From contig NZ_JACMOM010000320.1 of assembly GCF_014378035.1 (NCBI RefSeq), forward strand, positions 1,495-65,494: DNA of 64,000 nt, written 5' to 3'. A model generated the notes under the pieces. The model was not told the origin of the DNA. It worked only from the letters and a program-made list of their open reading frames with translations, and ran no database searches. This stretch comes from Aeromicrobium sp. GTDB lineage: Bacteria; Actinomycetota; Actinomycetes; Propionibacteriales; Nocardioidaceae. The position numbers were made by a program, and so were the translations under genes. Below, piece by piece: positions 42,123 through 51,706 of the stretch (position 1 is its first letter; each line of letters begins with the position of its first letter).

Positions 42123-42572
42123 ATGACGAGCCTGATCTACCGCACCCTCGACGAGCACGTCATCGGAGGCCTTGCCGATCACCCCGCCCTCGACGACGAG
42201 CGTGGCCCGATGTCGTACGCCCAGCTGCTGCACGAGTCGGCGTCGCTGGCGGGGGCGCTGCGCGACACGGGCGTGCACGAGGGCACCAGCGTGGCCATCG
42301 ACCTGCGCGACGGACGCGAGCAGGTCGTGGCTGTGCTGGCGTGTGCCCGTATCGGTGCGGTGCCGCAGAGCACAGCCGACTTCGGCTTCGGGGGCACGCC
42401 ACCCGTGCTCACGACACCCGATACCGAGATTCCCTGGGCGGTCCTCATCCGGGCGGGTCGACTCGACCCGGCCCCGGCGCCGGAGTCCGACCCGGAGGGC
42501 TACGAGGGGTTGATGCTTGAGCTGTACGCCGAGGTGTTCGAAACTCTCATCGCAGGCGAGACGATCTCCTGA
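42123..42572 (+). CDS. Small protein resembling the N-terminal part of acyl-CoA synthetases
   Basis: LDEHV..GLADHPAL...SYAQLLHESASLAGALRDTGV...VAVLACARIGAV; no AMP-binding P-loop. Confidence 0.7.
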   Translation: MTSLIYRTLDEHVIGGLADHPALDDERGPMSYAQLLHESASLAGALRDTGVHEGTSVAIDLRDGREQVVAVLACARIGAVPQSTADFGFGGTPPVLTTPDTEIPWAVLIRAGRLDPAPAPESDPEGYEGLMLELYAEVFETLIAGETIS

Positions 42573-42576
42573 ACGC

Positions 42577-43074
42577 TCACTTGACACCCCACGCGTAGGT
42601 CTGCTTCTCGAGCCGGAGGTACACGAACGTCTCCGTGGTCACGACCTTGTCAATGGCGCTGATCTGCTGCGACACGATGTCGAGCAGCTCGTCGTCGCTC
42701 TCGGCGACCAGCTCGGCGAGGATGTCGAAGCGACCTGTAGTGATGACGATGTAGTCGAGCTTCTCCATCGTGGAGAGCTCTGTGGCGACATCACGTACGT
42801 TGCCGCTGACCTTGATGCCGACCATGGCCTGGCGGGCGAAGCCCATCTGCATCGGATCGGTCACGGCCACGACCTGCATGACGCCGGTGTCGATGAGCTT
42901 CTGCACGCGGTGACGGACGGCAGCCTCAGACAGCCCGACCTCCTTGGCGATGGCTGAGTAGGACAACCGTCCGTCGTCTTGCAGCAGCTCGATGATCTGC
43001 TTGGCGACGGTGTCGAGCCCGGAGCGACGGGGTGTCGCGGGGCTTCGGTCGATGGGGCCGTTGCGTTCGGTCAT
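42577..43074 (-). CDS. Lrp/AsnC family transcriptional regulator
   Basis: LDTVAKQIIELLQDDGRLSYSAIAKEVGLSEAAVRHRVQKL HTH; TTGRFD. Confidence 0.93.
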   Translation of the reverse strand: MTERNGPIDRSPATPRRSGLDTVAKQIIELLQDDGRLSYSAIAKEVGLSEAAVRHRVQKLIDTGVMQVVAVTDPMQMGFARQAMVGIKVSGNVRDVATELSTMEKLDYIVITTGRFDILAELVAESDDELLDIVSQQISAIDKVVTTETFVYLRLEKQTYAWGVK

Positions 43075-43156
43075 GTCGATCATTGTGCCGTACATGTTCG
43101 CTTCCACCCCTTGTATCTGAGCGGAATTTTGACGCTTTCAGGATCCAAACACAGGA

Positions 43157-43175
43157 TTTACTGCGGAATCCCTTG
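43157..43175 (+). promoter_or_regulatory. Putative polyamine-regulon operator, copy 1
   Basis: TTTACTGCGGAATCCCTTG; 17/19 identical to 48943-48961. Confidence 0.55.
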
Positions 43176-43231
43176 TCTCAGGCCAAGAATCTTGCGAGGA
43201 TCTGTGGACACACGAGGAGCGAGGGTGGCAC

Positions 43232-44392
43232 ATGGCGGAGCTTGACCGGCGAACATTGATCAAGGGCACGGGTGGTCTGGCGTTCGCGGGCGTGAGTGCC
43301 CTCGCGCTGACGGGCTTCGGCACCCCCGACCGAAAGCAGAACCCCGCGAGCTGCTTCGCCAAGGATGTTTCCGCCACGCAGAAGCAGCTGGTGTTCTCCA
43401 ACTGGCCCGAGTACATCGACCAGGACGACGGCAAGTACGTCTCGACGATGACCCAGTTCGAGAAGGACACCGGCATCAACGTCAGATACACCGCCGACGT
43501 CAACGACAACAACGAGTTCTTTGCCAAGGTCTCGAACCAGCTCGGGTCGTGCAGCTCATCGAAGCGTGATCTCTTCGCGCTGACCGACTGGATGGCGGCC
43601 CGGATGATCCAGGTCGGCTGGATCCAGAAGCTCGACGCGGCCAAGGTGCCCAACCTGCACGCCAACATCATCGACTCGCTCAAGAGCCCGTCGTGGGACA
43701 AGAAGCGCGACTACTCCGCACCGTGGCAGAGCGGCCTGACGGGCATCGCCTACAACAAGTCCAAGACCAAGGAGGTCAAGTCGTTCGAGGAGCTTGTCAC
43801 GCGACCGGACCTCAAGGGCCGCATCGCCCTGCTCACCGAGATGCGCGACACGATGGGCTTCCTGCTGCTGGTCGACGGCGCTGATCCCAACGATTTCACC
43901 GACGCCCAGTGGCAGACGTCCATCGACCGCCTGCGCAAGGCACGCAGTGACGGGCAGGTCAGGTCGTTCACCGGCAACGAGTACGTCCAGGACCTGGCGT
44001 CAGGCAACATTGTGGCGTGTGAGGCGTGGTCGGGCGACATCGCGAATGCCGGTGACGACAACCTCGTCTTCGTCACGCCGGAGGAGGGTCACATGATCTG
44101 GGCCGACAACATGCTCGTGCCCAACCTCGCGACCCACCAGGCCAACGCCGAGCAGTGGATCAATTACTTTTACGAGCCCGAGGTGGCCGCCAAGCTCGCG
44201 GCCTACAACAGCTACATCTGTCCTGTGAAGGGTGCACAGGCGGCGATGGAGAAGGTCGACCCCGAGCAGGTCGACAACCCGCTGATCTTCCCGACAGCGG
44301 AAACACTCGCCGTGACCCACGGCTTCATGGCGCTCGATGAGGCCAAGATGCGCACCTACGAAGGGGATTTTGCTGATGTCACAGGTTCATGA
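43232..44392 (+). CDS. potD: Polyamine ABC transporter substrate-binding protein (Tat signal)
   Basis: DRRTLIK twin-arginine motif; FSNWPEYID, PWQSGLTGIAYN, AWSGD, WADNM. Confidence 0.88.
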   Translation: MAELDRRTLIKGTGGLAFAGVSALALTGFGTPDRKQNPASCFAKDVSATQKQLVFSNWPEYIDQDDGKYVSTMTQFEKDTGINVRYTADVNDNNEFFAKVSNQLGSCSSSKRDLFALTDWMAARMIQVGWIQKLDAAKVPNLHANIIDSLKSPSWDKKRDYSAPWQSGLTGIAYNKSKTKEVKSFEELVTRPDLKGRIALLTEMRDTMGFLLLVDGADPNDFTDAQWQTSIDRLRKARSDGQVRSFTGNEYVQDLASGNIVACEAWSGDIANAGDDNLVFVTPEEGHMIWADNMLVPNLATHQANAEQWINYFYEPEVAAKLAAYNSYICPVKGAQAAMEKVDPEQVDNPLIFPTAETLAVTHGFMALDEAKMRTYEGDFADVTGS

Positions 44393-45533
44393 GGCGCCGA
44401 CCGACAGGTCTGCAGACCATGGTGATCGGTCGTTGCGACTGGCTGATCTGACCAAGGAGTACGCGACCTTCACCGCCGTCAAGTCCCTCGACCTCGTCGT
44501 GCCACAGGGCAGCTTCTTCGCCCTGCTCGGCCCGTCAGGTTGCGGCAAGACCACGACGCTGCGCATGGTCGCCGGCCTGGAGACACCGACATCGGGCACG
44601 ATCCACCTCGGCGACACCGATGTGACCTACGAGAAGCCCTACCGTCGTCCGGTCAACACGGTGTTCCAGAACTACGCCCTGTTCCCTCACCTCGACATCT
44701 CCAAGAACGTCGCGTTCGGTCTCGAGCGGCGCGGCGTCAAGGACGTCAAGAAGCAGGTGGCCGACATGCTCGAGCTGGTCGAGCTGACGTCGCAGGCGCA
44801 CAAGAAGCCGGCCCAGATGTCCGGTGGCCAGCAGCAACGCGTCGCCCTCGCGCGGGCCCTGATCAACAAGCCCGAGGTGCTGCTGCTCGATGAGCCGCTC
44901 GGCGCCCTCGACCTCAAGCTGCGACGCGGCATGCAGCTCGAGCTCAAGCGCATCCAGACCGAGGTCGGCCTGACGTTCGTGCACGTCACCCACGACCAGG
45001 AGGAGGCCATGACGATGGCCGACACCATCGCTGTGATGAACCATGGCGTCATCGAGCAGATGGGCGCGCCGAGCGAGCTCTACGAGAACCCGCGCACGAC
45101 CTTCGTCGCCAACTTCCTCGGGCAGTCGAACCTGATCGCCGGCGAGATCGAGGGCCGGGATGGTGAGCACGTCAAGGTGCGGGTGCAGGGTGCGCTCGCG
45201 TCGATCCCGGCCGAGCGGGCACACTCTGACTCGGGCCAGGGCTGGCTGGGCATCCGTCCGGAGAAGGTGCTCATCGCCGAGGCGGGGCACCCGATCGACG
45301 CGCCGGGCGACGTCATCACAGGCGGCTACGTCACCGACGTCAGCTTTGTCGGCGTGAGCACTCAGTACATGGTGCGCATGCCGTGGGCGCAGGAGCTCAT
45401 GGTGTTCGAGCAGAACACCGGTGCGCGCCGGATGCTCTCGGTGGGCACCAAGGTCGACATCTCGTGGCGCCCGGAATACGCCTTCCTCCTGGACGCCAGC
45501 CAGGATGCCAAAGCCGGCATCGAGGACGACTGA
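44376..45533 (+). CDS. potA: Polyamine ABC transporter ATP-binding protein
   Basis: GPSGCGKTT, VFQNYALFPHL, MSGGQQQRVALARAL, LDEPLGALDLKLR, TOBE tail. Confidence 0.92.
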   Translation: MSQVHEAPTDRSADHGDRSLRLADLTKEYATFTAVKSLDLVVPQGSFFALLGPSGCGKTTTLRMVAGLETPTSGTIHLGDTDVTYEKPYRRPVNTVFQNYALFPHLDISKNVAFGLERRGVKDVKKQVADMLELVELTSQAHKKPAQMSGGQQQRVALARALINKPEVLLLDEPLGALDLKLRRGMQLELKRIQTEVGLTFVHVTHDQEEAMTMADTIAVMNHGVIEQMGAPSELYENPRTTFVANFLGQSNLIAGEIEGRDGEHVKVRVQGALASIPAERAHSDSGQGWLGIRPEKVLIAEAGHPIDAPGDVITGGYVTDVSFVGVSTQYMVRMPWAQELMVFEQNTGARRMLSVGTKVDISWRPEYAFLLDASQDAKAGIEDD

Positions 45534-45534
45534 C

Positions 45535-46431
45535 GTGGCGAACCTCGACACCTTGCCGGACGCACCGCGCGGCCACGCCCCGAAGACAAAACGCAAGCTC
45601 ACCGGCTACTGGCTCATCCTGCCCGGCGCCGTCTGGCTTGGTCTGTTCTTCCTCATCCCTTTCTACTCGCTGATCTCCACGAGCCTGTTCGACCCCAACG
45701 GGTCGGTGCTGACCGGTTACAACATGACGTGGCACTTCGGCAACTACGTCGACGCCATCAGCCAGTACAAGAGCCAGCTGTGGAGATCGCTGTGGTACTC
45801 CGGTGTCGCCACGGCACTGTGCCTGGTCATCGGCTACGTGCTGGCATATGCGATCGCGTTCAAGGCAGGGCGGTGGAAGAACCTCATGCTCGTGCTGGTC
45901 ATTGCGCCGTTCTTCACCAGCTTCCTGCTCCGCACCCTGTCGTGGAAGCTGATCCTCGCCGATGACGGATTCGTCGTCGACGCGCTGCAGACCGTGCACA
46001 TCATGGGCGCCGACTCCCGGCTCCTGGCGACACCGGTCGCGGTCATCGCAGGGCTGACCTACAACTTCCTGCCGTTCATGGTGCTGCCGCTGTATGCCAG
46101 CCTCGAGAAGATCGACATCAGGCTCATCGAGGCGTCGAGCGATCTCTACGCCTCTCCGCTCCGTGGGTTCTTCAAAGTCACGTTCCCGCTGTCGCTGCCG
46201 GGCGTCGTGGCCGGCACGCTGCTGACCTTCATCCCGGCAGCCGGCGACTACATCAACTCGCAGCTTCTCGGCAGCCCCAACCAGCGCATGGTCGGCAACG
46301 TCATCCAGAGCCTCTTCACGACACAGGGCGACTACGCTGCGGCCGGCGCCCTGTCGGTGACGTTGATGATCGTCATCGTCGTGGCGGTTCTGATCTATGT
46401 CCGTACTTCAGGAACAGAGGATCTCGTATGA
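45535..46431 (+). CDS. potB: Polyamine ABC transporter permease
   Basis: APFFTSFLLRT, YNFLPFMVLPLYASLEKID, EAA-like loop. Confidence 0.9.
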   Translation: MANLDTLPDAPRGHAPKTKRKLTGYWLILPGAVWLGLFFLIPFYSLISTSLFDPNGSVLTGYNMTWHFGNYVDAISQYKSQLWRSLWYSGVATALCLVIGYVLAYAIAFKAGRWKNLMLVLVIAPFFTSFLLRTLSWKLILADDGFVVDALQTVHIMGADSRLLATPVAVIAGLTYNFLPFMVLPLYASLEKIDIRLIEASSDLYASPLRGFFKVTFPLSLPGVVAGTLLTFIPAAGDYINSQLLGSPNQRMVGNVIQSLFTTQGDYAAAGALSVTLMIVIVVAVLIYVRTSGTEDLV

Positions 46432-47252
46432 GCCCCATGGCCCGCGCCCGGCGATGGATCGGTGACCACCTGATTCTCGGCCTGGGTCTCCTGGTCCTCG
46501 TCTACACCTTCGTGCCGATCGCGGTGGTGGTGCTGATGAGCTTCAACGACAGCAGCAAGTCCAGGAACGTCTACAAGTTCCAAAGCTTCACGTTCAGCAA
46601 CTGGCTGCACCCCTTCAAGCCGAGCGGCATGGGTGACTCGGTGCTCCTGAGCATCGAGATCGCTCTCGCAGCGACGATCATTGCGACGATCCTGGGCACC
46701 CTCGCCGCTTTTGCTCTCGTCCGGCACCGTTTTGCCGGACGCAAAGCCGCCAACCTGATCATCTTCCTGCCCATGGCTTCACCCGAGATCGTGATGGGTT
46801 CGTCGCTGCTGGCGCTGTTCGTGTCGAGCGGGTTCGGCGGCAGGCTCGGCTTCATCACGATCCTCATCGCGCACGTGATGTTCTGCCTGTCGTTCGTCAT
46901 CGTGACGGTCAAGGCCCGCCTCGGCGGGCTCGACGACAATCTCGAGCAGGCGGCGATGGACCTTTACGCCAACGAGTTCGAGACGTTCCGGCGCATCACC
47001 TTCCCGCTGGTCCTGCCCGGAATTATCGCGGCGGCGCTGCTGAGCTTCTCGTTGTCGTTCGACGACTTCATCATCACGAACCTCAACGCCGGCCAGTCGG
47101 TGACCTTCCCGATGTTCGTCTATGGCTCAGCACAGCGGGGTGTTCCGATGGAGGTCAACGTCATCGGCACGGCGATGTTCGTCATCGCCATCTCGATCGT
47201 CGTCGGTGGGGAGATCTTCCGCCGGCGGGGGCAGAAGGCATTGGCTGCCTGA
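46428..47252 (+). CDS. potC: Polyamine ABC transporter permease
   Basis: SPEIVMG, LEQAAMDLYA, SFSLSFDDFIIT. Confidence 0.9.
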   Translation: MSPMARARRWIGDHLILGLGLLVLVYTFVPIAVVVLMSFNDSSKSRNVYKFQSFTFSNWLHPFKPSGMGDSVLLSIEIALAATIIATILGTLAAFALVRHRFAGRKAANLIIFLPMASPEIVMGSSLLALFVSSGFGGRLGFITILIAHVMFCLSFVIVTVKARLGGLDDNLEQAAMDLYANEFETFRRITFPLVLPGIIAAALLSFSLSFDDFIITNLNAGQSVTFPMFVYGSAQRGVPMEVNVIGTAMFVIAISIVVGGEIFRRRGQKALAA

Positions 47253-47258
47253 ATCCTG

Positions 47259-47495
47259 GCGGGGGTCACACGTCGGGTGCTGACCTCCGCTCCGCTCCAC
47301 GGGTAACCTTGTCCGCTCCAGCAATGCTCTCGAGCCAACTTGCTCTCGAGCCAACTACGGCCCACCCACGAGACACCTTCTTGGTCATCGCGCAGCTTGC
47401 GCGACGTCAAGGAGATGGCTTGCGGGTGGGCCGTAGCGGGCTGCTGGGCCTTGGTGCCCCCCGCGGCGAGGATGAGGCGTCGGCTCGCCGCGGGG
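47259..47495. terminator. Multi-hairpin region between convergent genes (probable bidirectional terminators)
   Basis: Hairpins at 47259-47290, 47355-47436 (about 38-bp imperfect stem) and 47459-47495 (12-bp perfect stem); 16-bp tandem duplication at 47325-47356. Confidence 0.6.
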
Positions 47496-47502
47496 TGGCT
47501 CC

Positions 47503-48882
47503 TCAGATCAGGCTCTGGGCTTCCGTCAGGACGCTTCGCAGGATCTGCTCGATCTCATCGAAGTGGCTCTGGTCGGCGATGAGCGGCGGCGAGAGCTGGA
47601 TGACGGGGTCGCCGCGGTCGTCGGCGCGGCAGTAGAGGCCGTTGGCGAACAACGCCTTCGACAGGAAGCCGCGGAGCAACATCTCGGACTCGGCGTCGCT
47701 GAACGACTCCTTCGTCGTCTTGTCCTTCACCAGCTCGATCCCGTAGAAGAAGCCGTCGCCGCGGACATCGCCGACGATGTCGAGGTCGCGCAGCTTCTCG
47801 AGGGTCGCGCGGAAGTCGCCCTCCGTGTCACGCACGTGCTCGTTCAGCTTCTCGCGTTCGAAGATGTCCAGGTTGGCCATCGCGACCGCGGTCGACACGG
47901 GGTGCCCACCGAACGTGTAGCCGTGGGCGAAGCTCGTGTGCCCCTGCAGGAACGGCTCCATGATGCGGTCCGACGCGATCATGGCGCCGAGGGGGGAGTA
48001 GCCCGACGTGAGGCCCTTCGCGCACGTGATCATGTCGGGCACGAAGCCGTAGCGGTTGGCAGCAAACATCTCACCGAGGCGACCGAACGCGCAGATGACC
48101 TCGTCCGACACGAGCAGCACGTCGTGCCGGTCGCAGATCTCCCGGACGCGCTGGAAGTACCCGGGCGGGGGTGGGAAGCAGCCGCCGGCGTTCTGCACCG
48201 GCTCGAGGAAGACGGCGGCGACGGTGTCAGCACCCTCGGCCATGATGGCCAGCTCGATCTGGTCGGCGGCCCACATGCTGAATGCGTCGATGTCGTCGCC
48301 GTGCTCGGGCGCGCGGTAGAAGTTGGTGTTCGCCACGTGCACCGTCGACGGCACCAGCGGCTCGAACATCTGCTTGAGCGCGGGGATGCCGGTGATGGAC
48401 AGGGCTCCGTGAGTCGTGCCGTGGTACGCGATCTGCCGGCTGATGACCTTGGTCTTGAGCGGCTTGCCGGTCAGCTTGAAGTACTGTTTCGCTGCCTTCC
48501 ACGCGGTCTCGACTGCCTCGCCACCGCCGGTCGTGAAGAACACCCGGTTGAGGTCGCCCGGCGCGTACGCGGCGAGTCGTTCGGCCAGCTCGATGGCGGT
48601 GGGGTGCGCGAACGTCCACAGCGGGAAGAAGGAAAGCTCCTTGGCCTGCTTGTAGGCGGCCGCGGCCAGCTCTTCGCGACCGTGACCGGCCTGGACGACG
48701 AACAGTCCGGCAAGCGCGTCAAGGTAGCGCTTGCCCTTGTTGTCCCAGATGTATGCGCCTTCTCCCTTGACGATCACGGGGATGTCGTTCTCCTCGTAGG
48801 ATCCGTGGCGGGAGAAGTGCATCCACAGATGCTCCTTCGCGGCCTTCTGCTGGCGTGAGTAGTCTTCGTGGCTCAGGGTCAT
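47503..48882 (-). CDS. Class III PLP aminotransferase (putrescine/omega-amine type)
   Basis: YLDALAGLF, FFTTGGGEAVE, AYHGT, EPVQNAGG, SDEVICAFGR, AKGLTSGY, HGYTFGGHP. Confidence 0.92.
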   Translation of the reverse strand: MTLSHEDYSRQQKAAKEHLWMHFSRHGSYEENDIPVIVKGEGAYIWDNKGKRYLDALAGLFVVQAGHGREELAAAAYKQAKELSFFPLWTFAHPTAIELAERLAAYAPGDLNRVFFTTGGGEAVETAWKAAKQYFKLTGKPLKTKVISRQIAYHGTTHGALSITGIPALKQMFEPLVPSTVHVANTNFYRAPEHGDDIDAFSMWAADQIELAIMAEGADTVAAVFLEPVQNAGGCFPPPPGYFQRVREICDRHDVLLVSDEVICAFGRLGEMFAANRYGFVPDMITCAKGLTSGYSPLGAMIASDRIMEPFLQGHTSFAHGYTFGGHPVSTAVAMANLDIFEREKLNEHVRDTEGDFRATLEKLRDLDIVGDVRGDGFFYGIELVKDKTTKESFSDAESEMLLRGFLSKALFANGLYCRADDRGDPVIQLSPPLIADQSHFDEIEQILRSVLTEAQSLI

Positions 48883-48942
48883 GTCGCCATTCTCGCAAGA
48901 CTCGGGTACTAATTTCAAGTGATTTAGTCGTCTTATCCATAG

Positions 48943-48961
48943 TTTACTTCGGAATCCGTTG
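48943..48961 (+). promoter_or_regulatory. Putative polyamine-regulon operator, copy 2
   Basis: TTTACTTCGGAATCCGTTG in the AT-rich divergent promoter region. Confidence 0.55.
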
Positions 48962-48994
48962 CATCGCGTAGAGCCCGTGGGGTTACATGGAGCC

Positions 48995-50431
48995 ATGGAA
49001 CACGCGATCACCAACGTCATCAACGGAGAGCTAGTCGCGGCGGCAGGTGGAGCGACGTACGACGTCGAGGATCCGTCGACGGGTCAGGTCTACACGTCCG
49101 CACCCCTGTCCGGGGCCGAGGACGTCGACCGCGCGTTCGGTGCTGCAGCCACGGCCTTCGAGACCTGGCGCGACACGACGCCGTACGAACGGTTCAGGGC
49201 ACTCAACAAGCTGGCTGCCGCGGTCGAGGAGCGAGCCGCAGAGATCGTCGACGTCGAGTCGCGCGACACCGGCAAGCCCAAGTCGCTCACGATGAGCGAG
49301 GAGATGTACCAGGCCACCGAGGTGCTGACGTTCTTCGCCGGCGCCGCCCGCACGCTGGAGGGGCGGTCGGCGGGGGAGTACATGCGGGGTCACACGTCGA
49401 TGATTCGGCGAGAGCCGATCGGCGTCGTCGCACAAGTCACACCGTGGAACTACCCGCTCATGATGGCGATCTGGAAGATTGGCCCGGCTCTGGCCGCGGG
49501 CAACACGATCGTCCTCAAACCGAGTGACACGACACCGGCCTCCACGGCGTTGCTGGCCGAGATCGCTCAGGAGTTCTTCCCGCCGGGCGTGCTCAACGTC
49601 GTGTGCGGCGACCGGGACACCGGGCGTGCGCTCGTCACCCACCCGACCCCGCAGATGGTCGCCATCACCGGGTCGGTGCGCGCAGGGATGGAGGTCGCGG
49701 CCTCCGCCGCTGCCGGCCTCAAGAAGCCGCACCTCGAGCTCGGTGGCAAGGCACCGGTGGTGGTGTTCGACGACGCCGACATCGCCGCCGCGGCCGCAGG
49801 CATCGCCGGCGCAGGCTACTTCAACGCGGGCCAGGACTGCACTGCCGCGACGCGGGTGCTGGTGCACCCGCGCATCGCCGCCGAGTTCACCGCCGCCTTG
49901 GTCGAGGCGGCACGCGGCACCAAGGTGGGCATGCCCGACGACGAGGACACCTACTTCGGGCCGGTCAACAACGCCAACCAGCTGACACATGTCCAGGAGT
50001 TCATCGACTCCCTGCCCGACCACGCCAACCTCGAGACCGGTGGCTCACGCGTCGCTTCGCTGGGGGAGGGCTACTTCTTCGAGCCGACGGTGCTCTCCGG
50101 GCTGCGCCAGGACGACCACGCCAGCCAGGACGAGATCTTCGGTCCGGTCATCACCGTGCAGGAGTTCACCGACGAGGACGAGGCTGTGCGCTGGGCCAAC
50201 GGCGTCCAGTACGGACTGTCGTCGTCGGTGTGGACCAAGGACCACGGCCGGGCGATGCGCATGGCCCGCAGGCTCGACTTCGGTTGCGTGTGGATCAACA
50301 CGCACATCCCGATCGTCGCCGAGATGCCCCATGGTGGTTTCAAGCATTCCGGCTACGGTAAGGACCTTTCGATGTACGGCTTCGAGGACTACACCCGCAT
50401 CAAGCACGTCATGACGAACCTGGAGGCCTGA
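48995..50431 (+). CDS. Gamma-aminobutyraldehyde dehydrogenase
   Basis: PWNYPLMMA, LELGGKAP, FNAGQDCTA, EIFGPV, PHGGFKHSGYGKDLS; polyamine context. Confidence 0.9.
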   Translation: MEHAITNVINGELVAAAGGATYDVEDPSTGQVYTSAPLSGAEDVDRAFGAAATAFETWRDTTPYERFRALNKLAAAVEERAAEIVDVESRDTGKPKSLTMSEEMYQATEVLTFFAGAARTLEGRSAGEYMRGHTSMIRREPIGVVAQVTPWNYPLMMAIWKIGPALAAGNTIVLKPSDTTPASTALLAEIAQEFFPPGVLNVVCGDRDTGRALVTHPTPQMVAITGSVRAGMEVAASAAAGLKKPHLELGGKAPVVVFDDADIAAAAAGIAGAGYFNAGQDCTAATRVLVHPRIAAEFTAALVEAARGTKVGMPDDEDTYFGPVNNANQLTHVQEFIDSLPDHANLETGGSRVASLGEGYFFEPTVLSGLRQDDHASQDEIFGPVITVQEFTDEDEAVRWANGVQYGLSSSVWTKDHGRAMRMARRLDFGCVWINTHIPIVAEMPHGGFKHSGYGKDLSMYGFEDYTRIKHVMTNLEA

Positions 50432-50432
50432 G

Positions 50433-51668
50433 ATGAAGATCCTTCTTGTCGGCGCCGGCGGTGTTGGCTCCGCGTTCTGCGCCATCGCCGCACGCCGCGA
50501 CTTCTTCGAGTCGATCGTGGTCGCCGACTACGCGCTGGAGAGTGCCGAGCGTGCCGTCGCGGGGGTGGACGACGACCGCTTCACCGCAGCCCAGGTCGAC
50601 GCCTCCGACGCTGGCTCGGTCGAGGCACTCGCACGTGAGGTGGGCGCGACGCACGTCATGAACGCCATCGACCCCCGATTCGTCATGCCGATCTTCGACG
50701 GTGCCTTCGCCGCCGGGGCGGACTACCTGGACATGGCGATGAGTCTCTCGAAGCCGCACCCCGACAACCCGCACTCCGAGACCGGGGTCAAGCTCGGCGA
50801 CGAGCAGTTCGCGGTTGCCGGCACGTGGGAGTCCGCCGGCCGGCTCGCGCTGTGCGGCATGGGTGTCGAGCCCGGGTTGTCCGACGTCTTCGCCCGCTAC
50901 GCCGCTGACCACCTGTTCTCCTCGATCGACGAGCTCGGCACCCGCGACGGCGCCAACCTCACGGTCGATGGCCATGACTTCGCTCCCTCGTTCTCGATCT
51001 GGACGACGATCGAGGAGTGCCTCAACCCTCCCGTCATCTGGCAGGACGGCGCGTGGTTCACGACACCGCCGTTCAGTGAGCCGGAGATCTTCGACTTCCC
51101 CGAGGGCATCGGACCGGTCGAGTGCGTCAACGTCGAGCACGAGGAGGTGCTCCTGATGCCACGATGGGTCGACACGAAGCGTGCGACGTTCAAGTACGGG
51201 CTCGGCAACGAGTTCATCGACGTGCTCCGCACGTTGCACAAGCTCGGGCTCGACTCGACCGAGAAGGTCAACGTGACGTCGATCGTCGGTGGACGTCCGA
51301 CCGTCGTCGCGGTCAGCCCCCGTGACGTGGTCGCGGCGTGCCTCCCCAACCCGGCGACGCTGGGCGACCGGATGCACGGCAAGACCTGCGCCGGCGTCTG
51401 GGTGACGGGCACCGGCAAGGACGGACAGCCGAGGTCGACGTACCTCTACCACGTCGTCGACAACGACTGGTCGATGAAGGAGTACGGACACCAGTGCGTC
51501 GTCTGGCAGACTGCGATCCACCCCGTCGTCGCACTCGAGCTGCTGGCCACCGGGGTCTGGGCAGGCGCGGGTGTGTTGGGCCCGGAGGCATTCGACGCCG
51601 AGCCGTTCCTTGAGCTGCTCACCGCCTACGGCTCACCCTGGGGCCAGAAGGAGCTCGACCCAGCCTGA
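50433..51668 (+). CDS. Saccharopine dehydrogenase-like oxidoreductase (carboxyspermidine dehydrogenase/homospermidine synthase superfamily)
   Basis: ILLVGAGGVG, YLDMA, GMGVEPGLS, VEHEEV, WQTA, GVLGPEAF. Confidence 0.85.
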   Translation: MKILLVGAGGVGSAFCAIAARRDFFESIVVADYALESAERAVAGVDDDRFTAAQVDASDAGSVEALAREVGATHVMNAIDPRFVMPIFDGAFAAGADYLDMAMSLSKPHPDNPHSETGVKLGDEQFAVAGTWESAGRLALCGMGVEPGLSDVFARYAADHLFSSIDELGTRDGANLTVDGHDFAPSFSIWTTIEECLNPPVIWQDGAWFTTPPFSEPEIFDFPEGIGPVECVNVEHEEVLLMPRWVDTKRATFKYGLGNEFIDVLRTLHKLGLDSTEKVNVTSIVGGRPTVVAVSPRDVVAACLPNPATLGDRMHGKTCAGVWVTGTGKDGQPRSTYLYHVVDNDWSMKEYGHQCVVWQTAIHPVVALELLATGVWAGAGVLGPEAFDAEPFLELLTAYGSPWGQKELDPA

Positions 51669-51706
51669 CCTGGCCGTGTGGGCCAGGCCGCTGGGGGGCT
51701 GATGTT

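Noticed and set aside
43202-43210. Single CTGTGGACA (DnaA-box-like) upstream of potD as part of the paired-box regulon
   Set aside because: It is a single box without a partner or the 50-nt spacing, and could occur by chance.
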